The notes below the pieces were generated by a model. That model was given only the letters and a program-made list of their open reading frames with translations. It was not told the origin of the DNA and searched no databases. A stretch of DNA of 64,000 nt from Schmidtea polychroa (lineage: Eukaryota): positions 12,154,001-12,218,000 of the forward strand of contig CM097885.1 of the NCBI GenBank assembly GCA_044892525.1. Reading direction: 5' to 3'. Below, in pieces: positions 1-15,200 of the stretch. Both the position numbers and the translations under genes were made by a program. Position 1 is the stretch's first letter. Each line of letters starts with the position of its first letter.

Positions 1-1467
1 GTTTATGAAAGTATCCATTGATAGACATTCAAGTTTATTGCTTTTTTCCATGAGGATATCATAAAAAAGTAGTTGGAATAAAATATTTATTAATAAAAGT
101 CTTTTTGTTCTTATATGGATATCATTGTAAAAATGTATTTAATTCGATTAATTAAATTATTAATATTTGATTTTTTCTAGATTTTGATTATTAAATTCAC
201 TCTGATATATTAAGATCACTCTGAATTCACAAATATCCCTCGTGTGGATTTCTCATATCTTTCTTCGTATACCATTTTATTTAAAAAAAGGACTTTGAAA
301 TAAATCAATCCCTAATATATTATTTATTCATCGTGTGATTATTTCAATACTTTGCCATACACAACAAGTTGGTTTGCAATTATGCACCAAATAAAGTGAG
401 AAGTAATGAGAAGTAAATAAGAAGTAACTTTTGAAGCATCTTTTTATTTGGAAAACATTAAAAATCTATGAAAGTATGTCTTAAATACTACTTTTTAAAA
501 CACCAAACATTTTTATAAATGCAATTAAGTTTAAAATTCATACCAAAAGTAGTCAAACAAAACGACTGTAGGCATACTGAAAAAAATAATACATTACTTT
601 TTCCTGCAAGTAAGTAAAGCAAAGTGCATATTTCCTGGAATATGTGGATGAGTGTAAGTAAAAGGTAATTGCAAAAATATTTAAGTGCACATTAATTAAA
701 ATTAATCAGAATTCAATAAAGCAAAATTGAAATATAAAAACTAATTTAAAATCAGAAAAATCTATATTTTTCGGCGGAAAGCTAGATATGGGCAGCAAAC
801 AATAAATTAAAGACAAGGCCGAACAAAGAAGACAGGTAAAAGTTGCTACTTCTAATAGGCTAAAATTATTTTAGTTAAATTTGATATTTAACGTATAATA
901 ATATATATCATCGTTTTAATAAGTTATATTGTTTTATCTTTGTAAAAGCAAGGTTTGTAAAATAATATCTTAACACTATCAATGTTATGAATGACGTATT
1001 TTTTTAGTATTTATTTACATACATAAGTATGTAAAATACTTACAAGTTTTACTTATTTAATAAATGAGCAGTAGGTTTAAAATATCCATGAACGTAACAA
1101 AGATTGTACAATTAGTATTTCTTCACTAAACATGTACTATTGCATATATACTTGGCGCAGCCCTGGGTAAAGGTAAATATGCTAATTTTAGAACGATAGG
1201 GGTAATGCAATTACAAAATGACAAATTAATCAATTAAAATTGTGTTGACGTCATTAATCATTTTCATAATTTTATTATTGTTTTTCACTTAAAAAATGAA
1301 AAACAAAACCATTTCTATGTTTCCCAGAAATGAATAGTTAATGGCGTAATAAATTAATAAAAGAGAGGAGGATTCGATAAATTTTTCAGTGTGGATTTGT
1401 TAAGTGCTTTTTAAGCTTTAGCCAGATATCGCTTATCATATTTGCAAGAACCTTCGTAATGACTTAC

Positions 1468-1863
1468 TTGATTTGAAGAAGATTGTCCAGTGGTTAAAAG
1501 ATCATACGGCAAACATGATAGAACATCAACAATGAACCATCCTTTGAAGTAGTTGATTCGTATTATTACCGGGTCTGAAACGACTTCTCCGTTTGGTCCA
1601 ACGAAAGTGGTATGAAAGTTTAGTACAATATCAATAAAAAATATGATATCAATTATGCTGTCAACAATAATAAATTTTGTCAGTTCTGAGGTTGTGAACA
1701 AATACGTGAGATAAAGCGGGACCACAATCGCATTATATCCTACTAAAACCAAAATCATCCAGTCCCACATCGTTTTGAATGGAGCATAATGAAGAATTAT
1801 GTGAGGTGGAGTTTTTGGAGTTTCTTGCTTGTAAAGGGGTAAATCTTCCATTAAATTGTCGAT
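1468..1863 (-). CDS. eag: eag K+ channel coding exon 5 (S1-S3 voltage sensor); gene continues left of the window
   Basis: LPLYKQETPKTPPHIILHY...WDWMIL...DIVLNFHTTFVGPNGEVVSDP...YFKGWFIVDVLSCLPYD is diagnostic of the eag (KCNH1/5) subfamily; ttctag acceptor, gtaagt donor; 396 nt. Confidence 0.95.
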
Positions 1864-1903
1864 CTAGAAATAAATAATAATGGGCTTCATTATATTATTT
1901 TAC

Positions 1904-2058
1904 TTCTTCAAACTTGGGAAACTCGTTTTTCATGAATTCATCCATTGAAATTGTGTGATTTTGATCTGATTTCGGGCCGTTTTCTATTGGGTAATTTCCC
2001 GACATTATTTGTTTGTTTCTAGTGACTGATTTTGCTAATTTGACAAACTTGCTGACGT
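1904..2058 (-). CDS. eag: eag K+ channel coding exon 4 (post-PAS linker)
   Basis: VSKFVKLAKSVTRN resembles eag SKFAKLARSVTR; AG acceptor at 2060-2059, gtaaaa donor; followed by a 40-bp intron (1864-1903). Confidence 0.85.
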
Positions 2059-3919
2059 CTTAATAAATAAAATAAAATTAACAAACAAATTATTATTAAC
2101 AAATTATTATTATGTGCAATCATGTTTTAATTATTAGAGAGGAGGCGAGATGAAATATTTTTGTTTTAACCATATTTTGAAATTTTTATTTAAATTATTT
2201 AAATGACTTTTTCATGGGAATAAAGAATGAAATATTTACATTTATGGGTTTAATGTAAATATGTAAGTAACATGTTTCGGGATGAAATGCATTTAGCTCA
2301 ATGAAAGGTTACAGAGAAAAGTGAAATTTAGTGACTTTCCTAAAACGATCCAGTGAATTTTATTATATATGCTGGATTTTTATTCGAATTAATGATTAAA
2401 GTCTTTATTAAATTTGTTTTTGACTCCAATAAAGTATTTATGGCTACTAAATTTAAAACACAAAATATTGCACTGAACTCGAAAAATGTCAATAAATTAC
2501 TATCAGTTATATAGTTATGCTATACATTCCTACACTGACACAACAGATATGGAATTCATTAGTGAGACAGTTCTGCCAATGAAATAATTTTCTTTTCTTC
2601 AGTTCTTTTCCTATGCCTTTCGTTTAGTCGTCAATCCCTTCGTTATCACTTTAAAATGTTTTCTGATAACTGATTTTTGTTGCGATTTCTTTTATATTTG
2701 CTTGTCTTAGTTAATTTTCATTTAACTTAAAAATAATTTCCTTCTTGCTCGTCCACTGCTTTGGTATGAGGAAAATGAAATCGAAAGTAATTTAAATGTT
2801 TCAAATTTGTTTTTTATTTAGTATTTTTTAATTTAAATCGACAACAATTTGTAAGTACTTTTTGGAATTATTTATTTTGAACTTTAATACATATTTTCTT
2901 TTACTTTGGATTTTCAGGGTATTCAAATGGTAATTTTTATTACTTAATACAATTTTAATAATTTGTTAATTCTGTAGGAAAATTTTAAATCCTCAATTTA
3001 TAGAAAAAATTTATAGAAGGTTACAAATTGGAGCTAGTGATTTGTATTTTTGTATTTTTGAAAAATACAGTTGATGATAAAAATAAACCCAAACGAACGC
3101 AATGATTAACTTGATCACAAATTTTATCATGTTTTTTTATTACAAGAATCGTTTGTGCTGTGTTATTAACATTTTTTGATCAATTTAGAAATCTATAATA
3201 AAGACGTTATTGAGCGTAACAATATATTCAAATGTGTTTTCTGTAATGCGAAGTTATTGACTTTTTTGTTATAGAAAATGCATATTAATAAAATATTTTA
3301 TTAAATATTGTATTTTAATAATAATTTATAAAATATTTTTATTTTCTTTTTCTTTTTCACTTTAGAAATTCACGCTAAATTTAAAGTAAATCAAGTAAAT
3401 TGAATTAAAATAACTATTTATACTTTATTTATTGTATAGAAAATCAATTAAAAGTATTGGTGGCCAATATTTGAATTAATGTTAAAATTACAAATGTTTT
3501 AGTTGTTTGAATATTAAAAAACAAATTAAGTGAATTTTGAATTTTACTTATTTTTAATAAATTGTTATGGAAGAAGGCTTAAATTTTATTGCTTTTAACA
3601 ATTTTAAAATAAGAAAATAATTTAAATATTGGTTAAAGCATTGGACATATATTTTTATAATAAAAATAATAAAATTAGCAAAACCAAAAGACATCTTTTA
3701 AACAAATAAATTTCAAAATCAATAATTTAAATATTCTTTAGAACTGCTTTAAATGTCTGAAGTTGTTTTAATTAGTGAAAAAAGAAAAGAAATTAGAAAT
3801 CATTTGGCAAAGTTTAAATCTTTGGTGACTTGTCCTCTCTGTCTGAATGCTTTTAAAAAAAGTTTATTTGAAAAGTTAGATGTTAATTCTTTTAATGTTA
3901 TACTCTTTCAGATTTCAAC

Positions 3920-3991
<72 letters not shown>

Positions 3992-4032
3992 AATATTTAT
4001 ATTCAAGCAACAATTTCCAGTTTATTTTAAAA

Positions 4033-5617
4033 GTGCTGCCGTAGCATTTATCTGCTTTTTTCATTACATAATTGTTGGAATATGCTCCAATGTTTTCTTT
4101 CTGGGATTTTCAAAACAAAATCTAACTATCACTAAAAATGCATGGATTTTTCAGACTAGAGTGAGGTCACCTTGATCTTGGGATTTTCAATAGAAAAATG
4201 CGGTCTTCAATAAAAAAGCGTGGTAAATTTTAGAATTAAAGTAAATTATGGGTATAAAAATTCAATTACAGTAAATAGTGGTCCAAATTTTAAAATTAAA
4301 GTAATGAATAGGTTCAAATAAGTAAAATATGATCTAATAATTGAATTAGAGTAATAAATTGGCTCAAATAAGTAAAGTTAGGTTCTAAAAATTTTAATTA
4401 AAGTAAATTAAGGTCTAAAATTTTAAATTAAAGTAAAGTAAGGTCCAAATTTTAAAATTAAGGTCTAAATTTTTAACTTAAATTAAATTAAGATTCAGAT
4501 TTTTCAATTAAAGTAAATTAAGGTTCTAAAAAATTAAATTAAAGTAATCAATGGTCTAAAAATTGAATTACAGTACTTGGTAGATGGTAGTTAGCTGGTT
4601 GTTAGTACTTGGTATCTAGTTGTAAGTACTTGAGTGATAGCGTTTGGTATCTTGTTGTAAATATCTGTTCGTAAGTTGCTGGTTGATGATACTAAGTTGT
4701 TACTATCTTGTAGTTGGTATTTGATTGTTTGTTGTTGTTGAATTATTATTATTAAATATAATTATTAAAATTTGTCTTTGAAAAATATTTCATAAAATAT
4801 TCCATCTAAAATTGACTTAAAAAAATTATTCCATAAAAATTTCCATTAAAAATTGACTTTGAAAAATATAACATTAAAATTTACTTTAAAAATATCTTAA
4901 AATATCTTTTCAATATCTTAAAAAAATATTTCATAAAAATTTTCATTAAAAAATTTCAATTCTCAATCACCGACTATTATTCCAACTTTTGTTAATAAAT
5001 TTAAAAATCTTTCTTTAATTGACTTAATAAATTACTTTAATTTAAAAATTATTATTTTAATTTACTTATTTAACTTTAATTTAATTTTTTGGATCATTGA
5101 TTACTTAATTTTAAAATTTGAACCTTACTTTACTTTAATTTAATTTTTTAGAACCTTACTTTACTTATTTGAGCCAATTTATTACTTTAATTCAATTATT
5201 AGACCATAATTTACTTATTTGAACCTATTCATTACTTTAATTTTAAAATTTGAACCTTAATTTACTTTAATTCTAAAATTTACCACGCTTTTTTATTGAA
5301 GATTGCCTTTTTGTATTTAAAATATCCTGAGACCTTAATTTACCACGCTTTTTTATTGAAGACCGCCTTTTTCTATTGAAAATCCCAAGATCAAGGTGAC
5401 CTCCTCACTCTAGTCTGAAAAATCTATGCATTTTTAGTGATAGTTGGATTTTGTATTGAAAAAAAATTTTGTATTGAAAATCACAGAAAAAAAACATTGG
5501 AGCATATTGCAACAATTATGTAATCAAAAAGCAGATAAATACTTCGGCAATAATTTTTACCCTCCCCCACCCCCAGGGGTGGGGGTAATTGTTGCCGTAA
5601 GCCACTATCTACCTGCT
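4033..5617. mobile_element. Foldback element with long inverted arms (possible non-autonomous Polinton/Maverick derivative)
   Basis: About 4035-4560 is the reverse complement of about 5050-5550; about 30-bp AT-rich minisatellite in the arms; right end ...CACTATCTACCTGCT is shared with the ends at 40206, 40364 and 46760. Confidence 0.65.
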
Positions 5618-5959
5618 ATAAGAGTATTTAAAAGAATATTAAAATAAAATAAAAACTTTTTTAAAAACTATAAATCAGTATTCACGAAAATTCACTTGAA
5701 AAAGGCAGTGCCGAAAATTCAAGCTCTCTTTTTAATAAATTCAATGGAAAAAATAATCAGTGGTGAAATTGGAAGAAATAAAAGTTGTGAATTGTTAGTA
5801 GTGAATTGAATGAGTTTTTAATCTTTGAATTTGGCCGAGATGTTGTGAAATTTTAAATCATAAATTTTAAAACCTTCTACGTATGAAACTAGAGGTAGTA
5901 AAATTTTATAGGAATACTAGAATGAGGTGAAATTTTAATGAAATTACGGGCTCACAACA

Positions 5960-6345
5960 TACTACTAGCATTCCTTTAGTAAGTAGAAGGTCATTCTCTC
6001 ATATATAAAGATATTGATTAGAGAAGATCGACTTTCTGAACTTGCTCTTCTCAGATTAGAGAAGGAAACACTTGATAAAATAGACTGTGGTTTAATCATA
6101 GACAAATTTGCAGAATTGGAAGTGAAAAAAGGTATTTTTTGTATGATTGCTTTGTACAATTTGCAGTTTTCAACTGTTGGTATTGTAGTTGCAGTATTAA
6201 ATATTGTTATAACTTATTATTGGCGTTTTATTATTGACAATTATTTGCATTTTTTTATAGTATTGTCTTTTCTTCTGTTTTCAGTAATAGTAGGAGGGGG
6301 AGCACAAAACTTACATCTAGCTCCCGGTGCCGAATATCCTCGCTA
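5960..6345 (+). pseudogene. hAT (ZMYM1-like) transposase C-terminal remnant and 3' end
   Basis: RSFS...REDRLSELALLRLEKETLDKIDCGLIIDKFA is typical of hAT dimerisation-domain ends; GC-rich subterminal sequence at about 6295-6345. Confidence 0.65.
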
Positions 6346-7110
6346 TATTCAATCAGCAATAGGTTTATTGGGATTATCTAGGTCATTTATTAAATCATAT
6401 ACTTAGGATGGTAGGCTAAGGATGAATACCATTTCGTTGAAATATTTCACTTGTTTTGTGTTTTCGTTTAAACATCTAATTATTCATATTCAAAGATGAA
6501 AGAATATCTCAAAATATTTACAATATCTGTATGAATTTTTTTACAAAATGTAACCAAATTTGTAACAATAATAAATTTAAATTTGTATCAATTTTCAAAT
6601 TTTCTAATTAAATTTTTAACTACACATTTTTAATGGAATACTTTTTTGGAATTTATTTCAAGCTTCTTTTTTTATATCAGTTTTAACTGATTTTTTGTCT
6701 AATTTACGGTGTTCGTACTTTCGGTTTCGGGAGGCCACTTAGGCAATAAAGAATTTTTTTTAGGCGGCGAATAAAATATATTAAAATAAATTTTTATGAA
6801 TAATAAAATTTTATTTCAGTTTCATTTTTATAAAATTAAGCAGAAAATAAATTCATGTAGTACTTTTAATTAATTTAATTAATTTATTTATTTAGGTAGA
6901 AAAAAGATACAAATGATAATTGAAAAAATTAAATGCATATTAAAAATGATAGAGAGAGCTTGAATACTATAAATCAGTAATTTTCGGCACTGCCTTTTTC
7001 AAGTGAATTTTTCAAGTGAAAATCACTTGAAAAAGGCAGTGCCGAAAAATCGTGAGTATCAAAACACATCGATATATTACTTCAAAGCTCTCTTTTTAAT
7101 AAATTTAATA

Positions 7111-7301
<191 letters not shown>

Positions 7302-8444
7302 TCTACTATTAAAGAAGTTTTTCAATCTAAAATATATTAAGCTAATGTTATATTTTTCAAATTTCCAAGAATTTTTCCTGGCTCAAGCATTTTAATAATA
7401 AATATTTAATTAAATGAGAATTTTATAAAATGATATAGCATTCTGAATATTTATTGTAATATTTATAAAATAACATGTCATATAACAATGGTAATTTATT
7501 CATATATAAATATAAGAATACCATTTTTATAATAAATTTTTGCAATATTTTTGGCAGCTCGGTATTTTTCAATAACTAAAACAATTTCAATAAAAACAAA
7601 TATACTTATAGATGTATTTAATAGTTACATAATGGTATGAGCGGAATCCGATAATATTTATTAATTCTACTAAAACTAATTAAACACTTAAAATAAATGT
7701 GACATTTTTGATGTTGATTTTTGGGTTGAATGATGTTATCATGAAGGTCTCATAAGTAATATGTATCTTATAGTTTGTGAAACCCTTAAATAACATGTTA
7801 TATTTAGATATATCTATTTTTAACTTGTATATCTTATTATGCTTAATAATATTATTTATTACAATCGTTCACGCACACAGAGATTACGGAAGGTTTCTCC
7901 AATGTATGTAGCCGTACCTCATAACAATTAAAACGATACACGAGATCAGAACACTGATCAAACGGTGTCACAAATTTATTACTGAACATATCACGAACTT
8001 TATAAGGCTTTGAATTTAGCTTTTCTAAAGTTTTTAAAACTTTCAGAAATTTGTAAATTTATTATAAAATAAACACCAGCAAACAAATCATTTTTATTTA
8101 TTTTATCATATTTAACATTATTTAATTGGGCATGATTGACCATATCCATTACATTTCTATTCGTATTAATCAAAGGAACATTTTCAGTGGTATAAAACGG
8201 ATAAAATAAATTATGTCATCGATCTCATTCATCTTATCAGCACACTTATCAACAGTTACACAAACCATTCATTGTAAGAAATTCAGTTTTAGACAAAGGT
8301 TTCAGCAAACTACCTAAAAACTTTTTAACTTTTATTAAGCATTTTGTATCATTGACAACATATAAATTATCCTTATGCACTTTTTGAAAACCTAGAATTT
8401 AAAATATTCTTATTTTTGATTATTTAATTAATTTTATTAGATTT

Positions 8445-8447
<3 letters not shown>

Positions 8448-8540
<93 letters not shown>
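8448..8540. repeat. (AT)n microsatellite (others at about 3923, 39769, 63467)
   Basis: Directly visible. Confidence 0.97.
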
Positions 8541-8541
<1 letters not shown>

Positions 8542-8750
8542 TTTTGTAACTACTTTTAAAACTATAAATATAATCGCTTTTACTGAAATTGTTTAGTGCC
8601 TGTTAATAACAGTCGAGTTGGCAAAAAGGTTTCGCAAAAATATATTTTTAAAAATGATGTCATTTTATTTATATTTATATAATAATTTATTTATTTCATT
8701 ACATTAAAAGATTAAATGGATTTGAAATTCATGATACAACAACGCAAGTG

Positions 8751-9159
8751 GGCTATAGTGGAGAATAAGAGTACTGATTTTGAAAATAAATAAATAAATA
8801 ATGTAATATAATATAATATAATATGATATAAATGTTGAAGCTTTTTATGAGTTCTGCAAAAAAAATTTCAAATATATGTATGGAACAAACGAAGCACTAC
8901 TGCCAAGTTATCTTGATGAATGACTGTCTAGAAAAAGGATTGGTTTGATAATTTCTTTAATACAATAATTGATCATTTTGCCATTTGGTACAATCTAAAT
9001 TAAAGCCTAGTTTTTTCTGTCTTAATAAGTCACTGAAGTTTTATCTTATTGTTATTATACAATTCAAATATTTATTTTTTTAGTTTAATCACAAGATACT
9101 TATATTATATTATTTATTTTTTTTTTTCAAAATCAGTACACTTATTCTTCACCATAGCC
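8751..9159 (+). mobile_element. Merlin (IS1016/ISXO2-like) internally deleted element
   Basis: About 36-bp TIRs GGCTATAGTGGAGAATAAGAGTACTGATTTTGAAAA; 8-bp TSD CGCAAGTG/CGCAAATG; internal MYGTNEALLPSYLDE resembles the Merlin transposase C-terminus. Confidence 0.82.
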
Positions 9160-10265
9160 CGCAAATGTGTATTACTTACAAATGAAATAAGTAATGTATA
9201 ATATTTGAAATATAATCTATCAATTATCTCCGTGATAATGATAATATTTTTGTTTTTATTGACTCTAGAAAAATAAGTTTTGTCATTTCATTTTATTGAT
9301 TTTAATACCATTCTCGTCTAGGAGCTCCAGTCGTTTTAGAAATGAAATTAGAAATTTCAATTCTAAAATTAATGGAATTATAAAAAATTTAAATTAAATG
9401 AAATTTAAACAAAAATTGAAGTTGTAAAATTCCGTTTATTTAAATACGAATTGTTAAGTTTTATTCAATCTTCCATTAATGGTTTCGAGTAAATGATAAA
9501 AAAATAAAAATTATATGCAAGAAATTATTAATAAAATTTATTTTTGATTTTCTGATAGAAAAATTATTTATAAAAAAAATATTCTTCTGTAGAGAGGAGC
9601 ATAAATTTATTGCGGAAATGATATAATTGCTTGTTACTATTGATGACGTTCGTACAGTCAATGATGGGAAAATGAAGCAAAAACTTTTCATTAGGAAAAA
9701 GATTTCTATGAATTCGGAGAAATAAAAATTAAAATGCTGAAAACTTTTCTATAAGCAAAGGTCAATTTTTAAATTAATTTATTTTACTACTTTTCTTGTA
9801 GCACATTTTTACTTAAGGGGAAAATAATATTTCACAGTTTAAATTATTTAATGAAAAAAAAATAGTAAGCTTTTCTGCAATATTTGACAGTTTTATTATT
9901 TGGTCTTAAGAGCTTTTAATGTAACAGATTATTTCTTGTTTGATTATTTTGCTTGTTTACGATTTATTTTATAGGGCTAATTGTCATTTTAAGTAGCAAT
10001 AACTTTTACCATAATTTTTAACATGTAAAAAAATTTATTAAAATTTCATCTCATCTAGATTTAATTTGATTTATCATAAATTTACCATGATATTATTTAT
10101 ATTCAGAGTTTAACATATCTTCAGTGGAATGGGTAATTTTATCTATTTTATAGATCAGTTGTTATAAAGTGTGACCACGGTGGCCGCATGCGGCCACCAA
10201 CAAACGTTTCATAGTAAATATTGATATTTTAAAAAAATAGAAATTAATTTATAAATTTTAACTTA

Positions 10266-10620
10266 TTGAATTCACAAGATTTCGAAGAACTCCATAAAAG
10301 GTTAATGTCATTTTCAATATTAAAATCAATTAACTGGGCTAACGTAAAATATGCATTATTGGAAATAAGCCACGATAAATTAATTCAAGACCGTTTTAAT
10401 AATAATAATGTACCAAAATTTTGGTCTGAGTTATACGTTGACGATGAATCAAGTCAGTATAAAGAATTAGCAACAATTGCTTTATTATTTTTTTCAATTT
10501 TTCCTACAACTGTATACTGCGAAAGATCTTTCAGTGTAATGCAGTTCATAAAAATAAGTATCGAAACCAGCTGACAGACAAAAACCTAGAAGCAGCGATG
10601 CGGCTTACATTGGAAGAGAG
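10266..10620 (+). pseudogene. hAT transposase C-terminal dimerisation-domain remnant
   Basis: KFWSEL...YKELATIALLFFSIFPTTVYCERSFSVM, continuing after a frameshift as KYRNQLTDKNLEAAMRL; GC-rich hAT-like subterminal motif at about 10156-10200. Confidence 0.8.
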
Positions 10621-12008
10621 AACTGTTGAACAATCGCAGCTTTTTTGGGAATACAACAAACCTTTTTTCAATAAATAAAGAGAAGATGTATATTTTTATT
10701 GCCCGGTTGGAGTTTCTACTGAAAGAGTCATTTGTACCTATTACTTATGTAATAGTACGTATTTTAAAAGTTTATTATTATTTTATAAATATTTTTGATT
10801 TTTTAGAAAATACATGGTTTGTGTTTTAGTTTCTAACCTAGCAACCGTAACTAAAGATTTCTTGTAGCAAAAAGCCATGTATGCTTTAAACGTAAGACCA
10901 ATTATTATTGAATTATTTAAAGAAAATGTTTTAAAGCGTATTTATTTCGTGTATGACTGATTTTCTACTGCTACGCCAGTTTGCACTGTGACCGGCACAA
11001 AAGGTTTTAATTTAAATATAAATTGTCCAAAACTCTATTTAAATTCATTTTTCACAATAAAAACTCAAAAACGCCAAACAAACGAAATATATTCCAAAGA
11101 AATTATTCTCATAATCTGTCTGCTATCGTAATCCATGTTTACAGTAATATATGGAAACAATAATGATATAATGGTTATGACTTAATGAGTTAATTAAATA
11201 ATCTCAAAAAATTCGTTGGGGATTGAATGTTTATTGTGAGGAATTTGATTTATTCGCCAATGGCTCACTTAAAATTCTTCCACATAAAAATTAATATTTT
11301 TACATTTTATACATACAATTTCATTATACTAAAAGAATTGATTAAAAGAATTATTTTTAAAAAATTGACAAAATCTTTTGTACATAAACTATTTATCTAA
11401 AATATTAATTTAAAATTTATTTTTATATATTAAAACTTTGATAGAAATTGGCTTAAATGTATCAAAAAAAAATTTATTTTTTACTAGTAAATTTGTTTCT
11501 TTTTCTGGCCATCTGTTTTTTCTCATAATATTTCACTCATTTTCATTGTGACAAAAAATTCATTTTGATCAAAAATTTAAATTTTATTATAAACAAATTT
11601 TCGTCTTTGATTTTATCAAATGTTTTTTTATTATTTTTGTTAACAGATGATGAAAGTAAATCCAAAAATTTATGTTGCTAAAACCTTTGATCTTTTGTCA
11701 GAATGAAAATAAATGAAATATCATCAATATATTTTTTGAATAATGTGTTTTTACTTATTGAAACATAAAATAAAATTTAATAAATATAATAAGATATGTA
11801 AATAAAATTTTCGTACGTTTATGAACATGGCTTGCGTAGAAATTTGTACAAAAAGAGCAATCATTTTTAACCTAAAATTTAAATGCTTCTGCAATATGTT
11901 CAACTATATTAATTAGAACTCTCTAAAAATTTTGTTTATAAAGGTTTTCTGGCTGTCACTCTTTTTTTATCCACAAATTGTAAGTAGTTTAATAATAATT
12001 TACATTAA

Positions 12009-12245
12009 CCTCTTGAGTGGTTTATTTCGTCAAACGAAATGCGCTCCTTTTGTTATCCGCTAGCCTATATATACGTCTTGGGCATAGTGTTACAAAAAAT
12101 AAAGTAATAAACCAATCTTATTGGATGATATTTATTAAGATAATATGTTAACAAAAGTAATATCTATGATATATTTTTATTCATCTTATGCGTTTTGTAA
12201 TGCATATGTTGATGACATATATATCCGTCATAGCCACTTAAGAGG
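12009..12245. mobile_element. piggyBac-type MITE
   Basis: TTAA on both sides; TIR CCTCTTGAGTGG / CCACTTAAGAGG. Confidence 0.8.
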
Positions 12246-15200
12246 TTAATAATAAATAATTCGAATTTTATATTATTTATAAATCAAACAAATTTAACTT
12301 TTTAATTCCTTATATTTTATATTAATTTAGTTAATATTATAAAATAAGCAAAAGGAATATGTAATGTCTTAAATTTGAAAAAATTTAAGAAAATAGTGGA
12401 AAAGTTATGATATTAATTTCGACATGAATGATCTTTTTGGTAAGTAATGAGAGATTAATCCTATAACGAGTTATTTCAATATTTTAATTTTTATATAATA
12501 CGTTGACTGCTTTATCAGTCCCATTGGACATACATCTTGATGCAATACATGAGACATGCCAGTACGGAAGGACCGACAACGGAAATATAAACTTAAGTGA
12601 TCAAAATGATCAACAAAACAAACTACCATTACAAAATTTGGAAATTAACAAAGTCCGAGAAATAAATGCCGTGGAAAATAACGAAGATTATTTCCATTTA
12701 GTCTATATTCATAGATTATTTTCGGAATATTTATAAAAATATATATTTATAGAGATTAATTTGTTTTTAAATAAATAATTGATTAAATTTACTTTAAAAT
12801 TGAAATATTCCCACAAATAAAAATATAATTTTCTGAAAATTTAGAGAAATTAATAAAATAATGACTGAAATTAAGTTATTTGTGAATGAGTTATGAATTA
12901 TTCATCACGTGGGTTTACGCATTAACTTGTATTATAAAAGGTGTATTTCTGTTGAATTTGGTGTAATAAGTTATACAGCAGAAACCACTTAGATAATTTT
13001 CCCTTAATATAAGAAAAAAATCAATAATCTTACATTATAGAAACATACATACTTACTTTGATTTCAAGCTGATGTTCTCATTGATAGTGCAATGAGATAC
13101 GCCTTACACTATCGAAATCTATAATGTGATTGAAAAATTAAATACTGCATACAAACACAATACATACTAAAAATCATATATAAACTTTCGATATATAGAA
13201 ATGCGCCATTGAGCTACGTTTCTATAATAACTTTATTTTAGACAATTTTGAGAAAGAAAAGTTCACTGAAAAAGTTTTTAAATGTATTCTTAAAGAAGCT
13301 ATGTTAAATTGTCATGAAAATGACGAAATATCACCGTAAGAATTATTTTTGAATTAAAATTAAGTTAAATATTCATTAGAATATCAGATACTTGTTTTAG
13401 AAATGTTTAAGATAAATACATTTTTGGTGATCATTTTAATTGAAAACAATAACAAAAAATATTGAAAAGATAAAGCATATCAAAGGATGAGATGTAAGTA
13501 GTTCCAAAATGCCTATTAACAAAACAGTTTAAATGTTTTAAGTGTGATCAGTTAGTAATCGTGTTAAATTTGTACATTAAAATATGTATTAAATTATATT
13601 AAAATGTTTTATATTAAAATAATTATATATATATGACCAATAGTTGAATCAATATCAATATTACCACGCCTCAGTTAATTAAAATATTTCAGAGAAAACG
13701 AGATTATTTAAAATTGTAATTAATAAATAAATGTTGGAAGAAGATTTGAATTTACTCACGTTTAACACGTGTTAAAAAGCGCTAAAAGAAATTTGTGAAA
13801 AATAAATAAAAAATATTAATTTATGGTCTGAAATAAAAATATATAAAATTGATAATGAAAAGGATAATGGATTTTATTTACATTTATTATTTTAATTATA
13901 TTAAATATTAAATTATTTTAAATATTAAATATTATTTTAAATATTAAATAAGACACATATAATTTAATATATTAAATGAAATTTAACATCATTATTATTC
14001 ATTATTACAAGTGTTCATTCCCAGTACTACTTCTCAAAGAGAAATGATTAAAGATTCCTTGAATATACATTTATCCCTACAAGTTAATTGAATGAAAGTT
14101 TATCTCATTTTGTTAATTAATGCGAACGGTAAGAAAAAAATATTAATAATTTGATAAATTCATTTGCAAAGATTTTTAATCTATTTTGTAATGAGCTGGA
14201 TAAATTAATTTGTCCATTCGAAGTTTTTGAGATATTGACAAATTTGTTTTAATTAATTTAATTTTCCTTCAGTTTTTCATCTTTGAGTATTTATTCATTT
14301 TCACTAACACTCGATTCTATTTTTTAGATTTTAGTTAATTTATTATTGAAATTTAGAACTGAAAAGGAATCCAGCTATCAATTAGGAAATCTGATCAGTC
14401 ACCTAAAATTTCAGAAAAAGAATCATGATTAGTAAAGTCCAAGAAACAAGAAGTATCTCCTGCAAAGAACTGGGAAAAGGGTGTAATGATGAATAGAAAG
14501 TTAGACTCTTCGGTTTCAAAGGTCCATTTGAAGGTTTGTTGTCAATATATCCATATGCGAAAGCTTTCCCGGCCCAATAACAGAAAATAATAGAAGATTT
14601 CAGTGAACTAGAAATTAGAATAGTTGCTTACATATGAAACTACAATTTGCTTGTTCTCTTTGGATAAGAAAATGAGAGTTAGAAGGAACTTATTTCACTT
14701 ATGGGTTAAGGCTGCCTTGACCTTGAAATTAGTTATAAAATATTATATGACCTTGAACTGTGAGGAATAAACTAAATGTTTGGGTAAATGTTTGTGTGAT
14801 GTTGTTTTTATACTAAATCTTTAATAAAATATTTTCAAAAATAATTATCTGATATTGCTGGTACATATCTATTATAAATATATAGATTCACAGCTAATGT
14901 TACTTTTTAACAATTTTTTTTTACTTTTACTTTTTTTTGGTAATTTAAATGGACCACTATTGGGGGAAGGGGGCGTGTTGCCCATTCATGTAGTATCTGA
15001 TGATGTTACGGAGCAGCTAATAACAATTATATTTACATCTCAATAGTTTGTATGATATCATGCTATTTGTTCGTATATCTTAAATTTGTCATTTATTTGG
15101 TTAGAAGATGTCAACGAAAAGATGTTTTGCTACTTTGATTGGAAGAATTATACTAATGTTGAATGTATTTTAATGATTACAATACGATCTGCGAGACTTC

